In this document: one piece after another, positions 12,905 through 26,106 of the stretch
Layout of the letters: each line of letters begins with the position of its first letter
How positions within the stretch are numbered: position 1 is the first letter of the stretch
Assembly (NCBI RefSeq): GCF_963921235.1
Contig: NC_086101.1
Coordinates: forward strand, 8,434,001 to 8,498,000
Length of the DNA: 64,000 nt
Reading direction: 5' to 3'
From: Mobula hypostoma
Lineage: Eukaryota
Made by a program: the position numbers and the translations under genes
Notes under the pieces: model-generated
Seen by the model: the letters and a program-made list of their open reading frames with translations, nothing else
Told to the model about the DNA's origin: nothing
Databases searched by the model: none

Positions 12905-14120
12905 ATGTGAATCACCTCCTTCAAACCAACTCACCCACCTTAATGAGACTTCATCGTACTCCAAAGTCCCTCACTGCCCTTCAAACCAACTCACTTACCT
13001 AAATGAGTCTCCATTGTAACCCAAAGTCCCTCACTGCCCTTCAGACCAACTCACCCACCTTAATGAGTGTCCATTGTACCCCAAAGTCCCTCACTGTCCT
13101 TCAGACTAACTCACCCACCTTAAAGAGCCTCCATCGTACCCCAAAGTCCCTCACTGCCCTTCAAACCAACTCACTTACCTAAATGAGTCTCCATTGTAAC
13201 CCAAAGTCCCTCACTGCCCTTCAGACCAACTCACCCACCTTAATGAGTGTCCATTGTACCCCAAAGTCCCTCATTGTCCTTCAGACTAACTCACCCACCT
13301 TAAAGAGCCTCCATCGTACCCCAAAGTCCCTCACTGCCCTTCGAACTAACTCTCCCACCCGAATGAGTCTCCATCGTACCCCAAAGTCCCTCACTGCCCT
13401 TCAAACCAACTCACCCACCTTAATGAGCCTCCATCGTACCCCAAAGTCCCTCACTGCCCTTCGAACTAACTCTCCCACCCGAATGAGTCTCCATCGTACC
13501 CCAAAGTCCCTCACTGCCCTTCAAACCAACTCACCCACCTTAATGAGTGTCCATCATACCCCAAAGTCCCTCAGTGCCCTTCAAACCAACTCACCCACCT
13601 TAATGAGTCTCCATCGTACCCCAAAGTCCCTCACTGCCCTTCAAACCAACTCACCCACCTTAACGAGTCTCCATCGTACCCCAAAGTCCCTCACTGCCCT
13701 TCAAACCAACTCACCTACCTAAATGAATCTCCATTGTAACCCAAAGTCCCTCACTGCCCTTCAAACCAACTCACCTACTTTAAAGAGTCTCCATCGGACC
13801 CCAAAGTCCCTCACTGCCCTTCAAACCAACTCTCCCACCTGAATGAGTCTCCATCGTAACCCAAAGTCCCTCACTGTCCTTCAAACCATCTCAACCACCT
13901 GAATGAGTCTCCATCACACCCTGAAGTCCCTCATTGTCCTCTCCAAACCAGCTCACCCACCCAAATGAGCCTCCATCGTACCCTAAAGTCCCTCATTGTC
14001 CTTCGAACCAACTCTCCCACCTGAATGAATCTCCATCGTACCCCAAGCCCCTCACAGTCCTTCTCCAAACCAGTGCTCCCACTCAGATGAGTCTCCATCA
14101 TACCCCAAAGTCCCTCAATG
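12905..14120 (+). repeat. 60-bp minisatellite, ~20 copies, in LTB intron 2
   Basis: Unit ccaaagtccctcactgcccttcaaaccaactcacccaccttaatgagtctccatcgtacc, in register with the 60-nt lines. Confidence 0.97.
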
Positions 14121-15211
14121 TTTTATGGGTGGGATCGGGAGAGAGGGAATGGTGGGGTCCAGATAGAAGTGGGTTTTATAACTTGCCCTGATTTTGAGTG
14201 TTTTCCCCAACCTCTGCTTGCGTAAGTTTCACCAACTTTGCTCCAGGGCTTCGGGGGTTAACTCATGGGCTGGTGTTACGCTGACAGACTGCACTCTGCC
14301 TCAGGCCAACCAGCACAGGAACTGGCCCTCTGGCTCACTGAATCACTTCTGACCATCAACCGCCCCTCCCCCACCTAATCCTGTGCTGACCCATTCCAGC
14401 TCACAATGTTCCCACTCCCGCCAATTCCAACACTCACCCACCCACACAAAATAATGGCTAATTAATCCCACCAACCCACATGTCCTTGGGATGCGGAAGC
14501 TTTAAAGAGGGCACAGAGGATTATTTACCAGGTTACTGCCTGGATTAGAGAGCATGTCTTAACGTTCAAACTGAAGTTCAAAGTAAGATTATTATCAAAG
14601 TACATAAATGTCACCATCTACAACCCTATTGTAAGTTATAGCTTGTAAATTATTATGCATTGCATTGTACTGCTGCCACAGAACAGCAGATTTCACAGCA
14701 TGTGCCAGTGATATCAAACTTGAATCTGAGGAGACTTGATACAGGTGTATAGTCTGATAATGGACATAGATTAGAGTGGACAACCGGAGATTTCTTCACC
14801 AGAGCAGGTAGTAAGAGGGGGTATCATTGTAAAGTGATTGGAGGAAAGTATAGAGGGGATATCAGAGAGGGGGTATGTTACTCAGAGAGAGGTGGGTGCG
14901 TGGAATGCACTGGCAAGGGTAATGGAGGGCTCTGTGGGAAGGAAGGCTAAGAACAGATTGATCTCAGAGTAGGTTAAAAGGTCGGCACAACATCATGGTC
15001 CAAAGGGCCTGCACTCTGATATACTGTTCTACCTTCTAGTGTTCATGCTTGTAACCTGAATGAGTCAAAGTTATTCACTTGGCTAAATCCCGTCACCTAA
15101 CAGTTTAAAAAAGCTGTGATTTTTTTTTAGGGAGTTTCAGGGAAGTTGTTTTGCTAGGTAGGTCCAGGGTTGGAATTGGTCAAAGGATTGATCCCAACCT
15201 CTGGTACTATT

Positions 15212-15963
15212 TGTGCGTGCGTGTGTGTGTGTGTGTGTGTATGCACATGTGCGTGAGTCTGTGTGTGTGTATGTGTGTGTGCATGTGGCTGTGTATTCGT
15301 GATTTGTGTGTGTGTGAGTGTGTCTGTGCGTGTACGTGTGTATGTGTTTGTGTGTGCGCATGCATATGTGTGTGTGCGTGTGTGTGTGTATGTGTTTGTG
15401 TGTGTGTGCGTGCGTGTGTGTATGTGTTTGTGTGTGTATGTGTGTGTATGTATGTATGTGTGTGTATGTGTGTGTGTATGTATGTGTGTGTATGTGTGTG
15501 TGTGTGTGTGCGCGTGCGCGTGTGTGTGTGTGTGTGTATTTGTGCGTGTGTGTGTGTGTGTGTATGTGCGTGTGTGTGTGTGTGTGTGTGGGTGTGTGTA
15601 TGTGCGTGTGTGTGTGTGTGGGTGTGTGTGTGTGCGTGTGTGTGTGTGTGTGCGCGCGTGTGTTTGTGTGTATTTGTGCGTGTGTGTATGTGTGTGTGTG
15701 CGTGTGTATGTGTGTGTGTGTGCGCGTGTGTGTGTGCGTGCGTGTGGGTGTGTATGTGCGTGTGTGTGTGTGTGGGTGTGTGTGTGTGCGTGTGTGTGTG
15801 TGTGTGCGCGCGTGTGTTTGTGTGTATTTGTGCGTGTGTGTATGTGTGTGTGTGCGTGTGTATGTGTGTGTGTGTGCGCGTGTGTGTGTGCGTGCGTGTG
15901 GGTGGGTGTGTGTGTGTTTGTGTGTATTTGTGCGTGTGTGTATGTGTGTGTGTGTGTATGTGC

Positions 15964-16012
<49 letters not shown>

Positions 16013-16019
16013 TGTGTGT
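15212..16019 (+). repeat. ~800-bp degenerate (GT)n microsatellite
   Basis: Direct reading; interspersed GC/AT variants with larger duplicated blocks. Confidence 0.97.
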
Positions 16020-16490
16020 AATTCATTGCCACAGACACTTGTGGAGGCCGAGTCATTTGGTATATTTCAAGCAAATGCTGATAGGTTCTGGATTAGTATG
16101 GGGGACAGAGGTTATGGGGAGAAGACAGGAGAATGGGGTTGAGAAGAACAGTAGATCAGCCTAAATGGGAAAGTGGAGCTGACTCGATGGACTAAATGGC
16201 CTAATTCTGCTCCATTGTTATACAGACTTATGGTCTTAATACAGGTCCTTTAGCCCACGATTTTGTGCCGACTTCACCCGGCTCTAAAATCAATCTAACC
16301 CTGCCCTTCATTTTTCTTTCATCCATGTGCCTATCTAAGAGTTCCTTAAATTCCCCCAATGTATCTGCTTCTACCATGATCCCTGGCAGGATATTCCATG
16401 CCCACCACTGTCTGCATAAAGAATCTACCTCTGATGTCCTCCAAAACTTTCCTCCAATCAATTTGTGATTATGCCCCCGGGGCAAGGTAG

Positions 16491-17698
16491 TGATTTGGTG
16501 ATTCAGCATTCTCTCTCTTTTCCCTCTGCCGTCATTATCACTTTCAATCTGTCTCTCTCTCTCTCCTGCCTCCCCTTTCCCTTTTAGTGCCATTCTCAGG
16601 TTGGTTGTCCTTGTGTACAGAGGCAGATACATTAGGGTCTTTTAAGAGACTCTTAGATAGGTACATGGAGATTAGAATAATAGACAGTCATGTGGTAGGG
16701 AAATTCGGGGCAGTTTCTGGGGAAGATTACGTGGTTGGTGCAACATTGTGGGATGAAGGGCCTGTAACATGTTTATGTGTCTATATATACGGTACCTATA
16801 GTGTGTATAAACTAAATTAAGTATCGCAAAAATAGAACGAAAAGTAGTGAGCTATTGTACATCGGTTCATTGTCCATTCAGAGATCTGATGGCAGAAGGA
16901 GCTGTTCCTGAAACATTGAATGTGTGTCTTCAGGCTCCTGTACCTCTTTCCTGATTGTAGCACTGAGAAGATGGCATGTCCTGAGTGATGGATGCCGCCT
17001 TTTAGAGGCATCGTCTTTTGAAGGTGTCTTGGATGCTAGGGGATAGGGGGGTGCATGACGGAGTTGAAAAATCTCTGCAGCTCTTTCTGATCGAGCACAA
17101 CAGCCCCTCCATTCCACACAGTCAGAATGCTCTCAATGATACATCTGTAGAAATTTGTGAGAGTTTTTGATCACATATCCAAATCCCCTCAAAATGCTCT
17201 TATTGACTTCTTTGCCTTACAAATATTATTATGTTTTCATTGCCCATTAAGAAAGAGAGTTAAATAACAAACAGAAAACAAAAATCCCCTCACTTTCTTC
17301 TTAAGTGCGACTCATTTTTAAAAAGTGACTCCACTTTCTGGATCCTTCCACAGGAGGACACGTCCTCCCCATATCCATCTGTTAACAGCCACTCAGTCAT
17401 CCCTCTCGCTCCCCAAGCCCTAATAAGGAGCTGCAGTTCAGCCCAATCTTTCCTCGTAACACAGCCCGCCCATTCCAGGAATCGGTCTGGTTTAGCCTTC
17501 GCTGAAGTGCTTCCAGCACATCTACATACTTCCTCAAATACAGAGAGCAGCAGCGTGCACTGCGCTTCACACAAGGACAACCAGTCTGAGAATAGTAACT
17601 AAAAGGAAGGGAGGCGGGAGAGAGAGAGAGAGACAGATTGGAAGTGATAATGACGGCAGAGGGGAAAGAGAGAGAAAGAACACTGAATCACCAAATCA
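16491..17698. repeat. ~100-bp inverted repeat pair (16491-16588 and 17598-17698)
   Basis: tgatttggtgattcag...ctctgccgtcattatcact...cttttagt occurs again as its reverse complement about 1 kb downstream. Confidence 0.9.
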
Positions 17699-18047
17699 TT
17701 CCTCTTCTCACCTTCCCTCCTATCTCTGTCTATATCTGATATTTATATCACATTTCTCTGTCCCACTTTGTGTCTCACTTTATCTCTGTCTTTGTCTATG
17801 TATCTGTCTGTCTATCTTCTCTCTCTGAGAACATGGAACAGAACAGCACCCTATGGGCCCTTTAGCTCGTGATGTTGTGCCTACTCCCCTACTCCGCAAT
17901 TAGTCTAACCCTACACAACCTAGACTCCTCCATTCTTCTTACATCCATGAGCTTATCTGCGAGTCTGTTAAATGTCCCTAACATATCTGTTTCTACCACC
18001 ACACCCAGCACTGTGTTCCACCCACTCACCACTCTCCATACAAAACT

Positions 18048-18645
18048 TAGAACATAGAACATAGTACAGCACAGTACAGGCCCTTTGGCCCACAATGTTG
18101 TGCCGACCCTCAAACCCTGCCTCCCATATAAGCCCCCACCTTAAATTCCTCCATATACCTGTCTAGTAGTCTCTTAAACTTCACCAGTGTATCTGCCTCC
18201 ACCACTGACTCAGGCAGTGCATTCCACGCACCAACCATTCTCTGAGTAAAAAACCTTCCTCTAATATCCCCCTTGAACTTCCCACCCCTTACCTTAAAGC
18301 CATGTCCTCTTGTATTGAGCAGTGGTGCCTGGGGCAGAGGCGCTGGCTATCCACTCTATCTATTCCTCTTATTATCTTGTACACCTCTATCATGTCTCCT
18401 CTCATCCTCCTTCTCTCCAAAGAGTAAAGCCCTAGCTCCCTTAATCTCTAATCATAATGCATACTTTCTAAACCAGGCAGCATCCTGGTAAATCTCCTCT
18501 CTACCCTTTCCAATGCTTCCACATCCTTCCTATAGTGAGGCGACCAGAACTGAACACAGTACTCCAAGTGTGGCCTAACCAGAGATTTATAGAGCTGCAT
18601 CATTTCATCGCGACTCTGAAACTCTATCCCTCGACTTATGAAAGA
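18048..18645 (-). mobile_element. CR1 3' fragment in LTB intron 2
   Basis: LVRPHLEYCVQFWSPHYRKD peptide; (TATGTTC)n tail. Confidence 0.88.
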
Positions 18646-21049
18646 ACTTACCAAAGCTTTCCTCCATTCATCTTAAATGGTTCTCATACATACATTTGTA
18701 TTTCTCCCGTCGCTACAGCTGTTACAAATGTATAAATCTCTCTGCCCTTCTCCATTATCTCTTTCTCCCTCACTGTTTGCTCCTTCCGCCTCCTTCTCTC
18801 TTACCCTTTCAGTGGCTCCCCATGTCTTCTTGTGAAACTGCGGGCACAAGAGGTGCAGGAATCTGGAGCCACAGCCGATCCGCTGTAGCGATTCTGTGGG
18901 TTGAACAGCATCTACTTGAAACTTGTTGGTCTTCCTGTACAGCCAGAGGTCCGTGGACGAACGCTACGGACTGGCACATTGCAAGATGCAGGAGTATGTC
19001 CTGAGGGGCACAGTGAAGCCACGCAAAGGCTTTGTTGTGGAAGGACCACAGTATAGGGTACTTCTGTTGGAGAGGGAGGGTCAGGTTGGCGGAGGAAGCC
19101 CCTCAGTTATTGTGGTAATGAACCACCCCAGTGGTTGCATGCATGACAATGGTCCTGTCATTGACCAAGTCAAAGGTGGTGACAAGAGCCTTTCAAAGTC
19201 AGCCAGACCAAGGAACTGATTATTCACTTCAGGAGCAGGAAATCAGAAGTCCATGGGCCAGTCCTCTTTGGGGGTGGGGGTGGTTAGCAGCTTTAAATTT
19301 CTCACTGTTAACATTTCAGAGGGCCTGTCCCACGCCCAGCACATACAGTAAGTGTAATTACGAAGAAAACACAGGAACGCCTGTACTTCCTGACAAATTT
19401 GTGAAGATTCAGCATGACATCTAAAACTTTGACAAACTTCGTTAAATGTGTGGAGAAAAGTACATTGACTGGTTGCATCATAGCCTGGTATGGCCCTATA
19501 CAGAAAATCCTACAAAACATAATGGATACGGCCAGTCCTTCACATGTAAAGATCTCCCCAACACTGAACTGTTTCCACAGAACTGGGCTCATTTTCAAAG
19601 ACTCTTCATCTCATGTTCATATTTATTGCTTATTTACTTACGTCTGTATTATTTCATTTTTTATTTTGTATTTGCTCAGTTTGTTGTCTTTTGCATATTA
19701 GTTGTTTGTCTGCTCTGATGGGGGTGCTGTCTACTGAGTCTGCTCACAAGAAAATGAATCTCAGGGTTGTATATGTGTAATTTGATATTATAAATTTACC
19801 CTGAACTTTGAACTTTGAATTGGATTTTAAATGCAATAGAATAATAGAATACTAATTGTCTACAAATGTAAGAATGAAAGGAATAAGGAACAATCAGCAT
19901 TTCAAGTCAAAACTATGTCAGGGCTGAGGGTGAGGGTGGTGAGGAAGGAGTCTGAGGTAATTGCTGGATATCTTCCACCCCTCATCATTCAAGTATCACT
20001 CCCCTCTTCCTCTGTACAGTGGACACCTCTCCTCTCCACTCTCAGTCCTGACATGGGGTCTCGACCCAAAATGTCGACAGTCCCTTTCCCCTCACTGATG
20101 CTGCTCGACACCCTGAGTTCCTCCTGTAGATTTTCTGTTGCTCCGTATGTGTAACAGGGTGAACTCACACCTTCTCTGAGAGGGAACGTTCTGCCTTGCA
20201 TCGGTCCAAAGCAAATAATTCCTTAGGTACTGACAGTGGCCAGCTCTGTTTCCCGTGACAATCGTCCAACCCTGACCAGACGCTCCACTTGTCCGTCCCT
20301 TGTTTGTTTTATTCTCTAATAAAATACTAAACTATTTACAGTTTCAAAGTTCAAAGTAAATTTATAATCAAAGTACATACATTGCACCACATAAAACGGT
20401 GAGATTCATTTTCTTGCGGGCATTCACAATGAATACAAAGAAACACGATACAATCAGTGGAAAACTGCACACAGCGAAGATGGACAAACAGCTAGTCTGC
20501 AAAAGATAGCAACAGGTGCAAATACAAAATAATAATAAATAAACGATAAATAAATATCTATTTATTGTTTGTTTATTTATTTATTATTAGTTTGGGTTTT
20601 TAACCTCTTTTATCGTATTTATTTATTTATTGAGACACAGCATAGAATATGCCCTTCGGCCCTTCGAGCCACACCACCCAGGTGAATCACGGTACAATTT
20701 ACAATTTACAATGACCATTTAACCTACTAACCGATACATCTCTGGACTCTGGGAGAAACCCATACCCAGAGTAAAACCACACTGTCACAGGGAGAAGATA
20801 CAAACTTTGTACAGAATGCGGCAGGAATTGAACCCGGGTCGCTGGTACTGTAAAGCGTTGTGCTAACCTCTACGCCACCGTGCTGCCCTTGAATACTTAA
20901 ATATCAAGAACATGAGTTTGTAGAGGCATTGAAAGTGAGTCCGTAGGTTTTGGGAACAGTTCTGTGTCTACTACTTTTATAGGCTTTTCCATTCAAGGGT
21001 GTTGGTGTTCCCATACCAGGCCATGATGCAACCATGATTAAAATACAAT

Positions 21050-21726
21050 TAGATTAGATTATGAGGACACAGTCCTCTTTTATTGTCATTTAGTAATGCA
21101 TGCATTAAGAAATGATACAATGTTCCTCCAGTGTGATATCACGGAAACACAAAACAAACCAAGACTAAAAAAAACTGACGAAAACCACATAGTTATAACA
21201 TATAGTTTCAACAGTGCAAGCAATACAGCAATTTGATAAAGAACAGACCATTGGCACAGTAAAAAAAAAGTCTCAAAGTCTCTCGAAAGTCCCGTCATCT
21301 CACGCAGACGGTGGAAGGAAGAACACTTTCCCTGCCATGAGCTTCCAGCGCCGCAAACTTGCCGATGCAGCACCCTGGAAGCACCCGACCACAATCCAAC
21401 TTTCAGTACGTCCGAAAACTTCAAGCCTCCTACCAGCCCTCCGACACCGAGCACCAAGCACCATCTCTGCCAAGCACTTCGACCCCAGCCCCGGCCGCCA
21501 GCAACAGGCAAAGCCGAGGATTTGGGGCCTTCCCTCCAGAGATTCTCAATCGCACAGTAGCAGCAGCAGCAAACCGGGCATTTCAGAAGTTTCTCCAGAT
21601 GTTCCCCCGTGCTTCTCACGTCCATCTCCATCAAATCAGGATTGTGCGCGGCCCCTATTTAACAAATACGATATCATTTCACTGGAGAGGCTGTACGCGC
21701 TGCGTCACGCCACCATCTTCTCCTCC
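21050..21726 (-). mobile_element. Family X element, copy 2 (full length), ends ~165 bp upstream of LTB exon 3
   Basis: 5' GGAGGAGAAGATGGTGGCG; 3' AATAAA, GAGGAC/GTCCTC hairpin, (AATCT)n. Confidence 0.9.
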
Positions 21727-21892
21727 CTTCTTTGTAAATTATTACTATCTACAACTACATTCAATCCCCTGAGGGGCCCACTGTTCTTGGAAGACCTCTT
21801 TGCCCATAGAGACCACCTGCTCTTCCTCAATGACAGCTGGGCACAGACTAACACAGTTCATCCCTCATTCAAAGGTTTCCCTTCTCTTGCAG

Positions 21893-21961
21893 GGAGAGTC
21901 AGCACTGAAGGGAAGGTACCGAGTATCATCGACACCGGCAAGCCAGCTGCACATCTTATTG
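21893..21961 (+). CDS. LTB: LTB-like gene, coding exon 3 (69 nt, start of TNF homology domain)
   Basis: Acceptor ttcccttctcttgcag|, donor G|GTAAGT. Encodes (G)RVSTEGKVPSIIDTGKPAAHLI(G); PAAHLIG is identical to the human LTB strand-A motif. Phase 1->1. Confidence 0.9.
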
Positions 21962-22574
21962 GTAAGTATGGGTGGAGAGTGGAGGCAGAGGTCTATCTCC
22001 TTCTGGGTTTCAGGGGGCAGGAGACATGTCATGGCAGAGGCCATGCCTCAAGGAGGAGGAGCTGTGTCCCAATCTCCCCACCCGCCCCCCAACTCTGCTG
22101 AAACTAGGAGAAAATGCAGGGACAGTCGGCTGGGCTGGCAAGGACTCGATCCCTTCTGCCCTTGCACTTGGATAGTACCCCTTCACTGCCTAATGCCACC
22201 GCCCCCCCGCCACTGAGCCCAAAGTCAGTGGGACATGGTCCACAAACTTGTTCCTCTTCTTGAAGCAGTGGCAACCAAGTTGTGCACAGCAAGAAGTGGG
22301 TTAGGGCAAATTGTCACTAGGCGGATTAAATTGATTTATTATTGTCAACAGTACTGACAGATAGTGAGAAAATTTTGCATGCAAACACTTCAGATCATTG
22401 TATCACCACAATGCTTTGAGGTAGTACAAAGCAAACAGTAAATTGTTGCAGAGAAAGGTGTTACATTTTCAGAGAAAGTGCAGTGCAGGCAGATTATGAG
22501 TTTGTAAGGCCGTAATGGGATGAATTGTGAGGTTGAGAGTATGCTGACAGGGAGTGGTAGGCACTGGCAGAGAC

Positions 22575-23020
22575 TTGGTGAGAGCCAACAGAGAGATAGC
22601 AAGGGTTGACAGGAATTGAATGAAGGCCAACAAGAACTTGGTGAGGACCAATGAAAAGTTGATGAGGGCCAATGGGACATCAGAAGCTCCACGAAGAGTT
22701 TGGGTGATGATCAACAGGAAGTTGGTGAGGAGTAATGGGAAATTGGAGGCAGCCAACAGGAAGTGGAGTGGGCCAAATGCAGTTTGCGGAGGATCAGTAA
22801 GAAATCACCGAGGACCATTGGGAAGGTGAGGGCCAACAGGAAATTTAGCAAGGGCCAATGGAATATCTGAAGGGCCAACAAGTGTTTGGTGGGTATCAAT
22901 AGGAAGTTGGTGAGGGCCGATGGGAAGGTGAAGATGGGAAGGGCCAACAGGAAGTGATTGAGGGCCAATGGGAAGTTCACGAAGTTCAATGGGAGGTGAG
23001 GAGCAGTAGGAAGTTATTGA
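22575..23020 (+). repeat. Degenerate ~21-bp tandem repeat in LTB intron 3
   Basis: Consensus ttggtgagggccaacaggaag, about 20 diverged units. Confidence 0.75.
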
Positions 23021-23213
23021 GCATCAAAGGAGATTATTGTAGATTGAAAGGATGTAGGTAAGTGCATGAAGGTATACAGGGAGAAGGTAGGAGATTGGAG
23101 CTGAGAAGAAAATTGAATCAGCCATGATGAAACGGCAGATCAGCCATGATGAAATGATGGAGCAGACTTGATGGGCCAAATAACTTAATTCTGCTCCTAT
23201 ATCTCATGGTCAT

Positions 23214-26004
23214 CAGGGTGACCAGGGATGGGAGCTCAACGTTCAGGGATATTCAATATTCAGGAGGGATAGACATGAAGGAAGGGGAGGTGGGGTGGCG
23301 TTGCTGGTTAAAAAAGAGATTAACGCAATAGAAAGGAAGGACATAAGCCGGGAAGATGTGGAATCGATATGGGTAGAGCTGCGTAACACTAAGGGGCAGA
23401 AGACGCTGGTGGGAGTTGTGTACAGGCCACCTAACAGTAGTAGTGAGGTCGGAGATGGTATTAAACAGGAAATTAGAAATGTGTGCAATAAAGGAACAGC
23501 AGTTATAATGGGTGACTTCAATCTACATGTAGACTGGGTGAACCAAATTGGTAAAGGTGCTGAGGAAGAGGATTTCTTGGAATGTATGCGGGATGGTTTT
23601 TTGAACCAACATGTCGAGGAACCGACTAGAGAGCAGGCTATTCTGGACTGGGTTTTGAGCAATGAGGAAGGGTTAATTAGCGATCTTGTCGTGAGAGGCC
23701 CCTTGGGTAAGAGTGACCATAATATGGTGGAATTCTTCATTAACATGGAGAGTGACGTAGTTAATTCAGAAACAAAGGTTCTGAACTTAAAGAGGGGTAA
23801 CTTTGAAGGTATGAGACGTGAATTAGCTAAGATAGACTGGCAAATGACACTTCAAGGATTGACGGTGGATATGCAATGGCAGGCATTTAAAGGTTGCATG
23901 GATGAACTACAACAATTGTTCATCCCAGTTTGGCAAAAGAATAAATCAAGGAAGGTAGTGCACCCGTGGCTGACAAGAGAAATTAGGGATAGTATCAATT
24001 CCAAAGAAGTAGCATACAAATTAGCCAGAGAAAGTGGCTCACCTGAGGACTGGGAGAAATTCAGAGTTCAGCAGAGGAAGACAAAGGGCTTAATTAGGAA
24101 GGGGAAAAAAGATTATGAGAGAAAACTGGCAGAGAACATAAAAACGGACTGTAAAAGCTTTTATAGATATGTAAAAAGGAAAAGACTGATAAAGACAAAT
24201 GTAGGTCCCCTGCAAACAGAAACAGGTGAATTGATTATGGGGAGCAAGGACATGGCAGACCAATTGAATAATTACTTTGGTTCTGTCTTCACTAAGGAGG
24301 ACATAAATAATCTTCCAGAAATAGTAAGGGACAGAGGGTCCAGTGAGATGGAGGAACTGAGCGAAATACATGTTAGTAGGGAAGTGGTGTTAGGTAAATT
24401 GAAGGGATTGAAGGCAGATAAATCCCCAGGGCCAGATGGTCTGCATCCCAGAGTGCTTAAGGAAGTGGCCCAAGAAATAGTGGATGCATTAGTGATAATT
24501 TTTCAAAACTCGTTAGATTCTGGACTAGTTCCTGAGGATTGGAGGGTGGCTAATGTAACCCCACTTTTTAAAAAAGGAGGGAGAGAGAAACCGGGGAATT
24601 ATAGGCCGGTTAGCCTAACGTCGGTGGTGGGGAAACTGCTGGAGTCAGTTATCAAGGATGTGATAACAGCACATTTGGAAAGCGGTGAAATGATCGGACA
24701 AAGTCAGCATGGATTTGTGAAAGGAAAATCATGTCTGACGAATCTCATAGAATTTTTTGAGGATGTAACTAGTAGAGTGGATAGGGGAGAACCAGTGGAT
24801 GTGGTATATTTGGATTTTCAAAAGGCTTTTGACAAGGTCCCACACAGGAGATTAGTGTGCAAACTTAAAGCACATGGTATTGGGGGTAAGGTATTGGTGT
24901 GGGTGGAGAATTGGTTAGCAGACAGGAAGCAAAGAGTGGGAATAAACGGGACCTTTTCAGAATGGCAGGCGGTGACTAGTGGGGTACCGCAAGGCTCAGT
25001 GCTGGGACCCCAGTTGTTTACAATATATATTAATGACTTGGATGAGGGAATTAAATGCAGCATCTCCAAGTTTGCGGATGACACAAAGCTGGGTGGCAGT
25101 GTTAGCAGTGAGGAGGATGCTAAGAGGATGCAGGGTGACTTGGATAGGTTGGGTGAGTGGGCAAACTCATGGCAGATGCAATTTAATGTGGATAAATGTG
25201 AAGTTATCCACTTTGGTGGCAAAAATAGGAAAACAGATTATTATCTGAATGGTGGCCGATTAGGAAAAGGGGAGGTGCAACGAGACCTGGGTGTCATTAT
25301 ACACCAGTCATTGAAAGTGGGCATGCAGGTACAGCAGGCGGTGAAAAAGGCGAACGGTATGCTGGCATTTATAGCGAGAGGATTCGAGTACAGGAGCAGG
25401 GAGGTACTACTGCAGTTGTACAAGGCCTTGGTGAGACCACACCTGGAGTATTGTGTGCAGTTTTGGTCCCCTAATCTGAGGAAAGACATCCTTGCCATAG
25501 TGGGAGTACAAAGAAGGTTCACCAGATTGATTCCTGGGATGGCAGGTCTTTCATATGAAGAAAGACTGGATGAACTGGGCTTGTACTCGTTGGAATTTAG
25601 AAGATTGAGGGGGGATCTGATTGAAACGTATAAGATCCTAAAGGGATTGGACAGGCTAGATGCGGGAAGATTGTTCCCGATGTTGGGGAGGTCTAGAATG
25701 AGGGGTCACAGTTTGAGGATAGAGGGGAAGCCTTTTAGGACCGAGGTTAGGAAAAACTTCTTCACACAGAGAGTGGTGAATCTGTGGAATTCTCTGCCAC
25801 AGCAAACTGTTGAGGCCAGTTCATTAGTTATGTTTAAAAAGAAGTTAGATATGGCCCTTGTGGCTACAGGGGTCAGGAGGTATGGAGGGAAGGCTGGGTT
25901 CTGAGTTGGATGATCAGCCATGATCATAATAAATGGCGGTGCAGGCTCGAAGGGCCGAATGGCCTACTCCTGCACCTATTTTCTATGTTTCTATGTTTCT
26001 ATGT
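23214..26004 (+). mobile_element. Young CR1 LINE with near-complete uninterrupted ORF2 (APE endonuclease and RT, 869+ aa), copy 2, in LTB intron 3
   Basis: APE motifs VYRPP, MGDFN, SDHN; RT FADD; (TTTCTATG)n tail. 5'-truncated inside the endonuclease N-terminus; no ORF1. Confidence 0.97.
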
Positions 26005-26106
26005 CATATCAGACAGGAAGTGAGTGAGGGCCAGGTCCTTGATGTGATGGAGCACCAGGGCTCGCATCCCACTAAACCATGTCCCTTCCCTCTGTCTGAT
26101 GTGCAG

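Noticed and set aside
12905..14120. CRISPR-like array or mucin-like coding repeat (179-aa ORF 13183-13722)
   Set aside because: Units are head-to-tail with no unique spacers and no cas genes; in-frame TAA stops occur in several units and no splice acceptor links it to LTB.
15137..16164. Long Cys/Val or His/Thr ORFs
   Set aside because: Translations of a (GT)n microsatellite.
21214..22101. 295-aa ORF containing PAAHLIG
   Set aside because: Chance read-through from the antisense strand of a family X copy into the true 69-nt exon 3; only 21893-21961 is bounded by splice sites.
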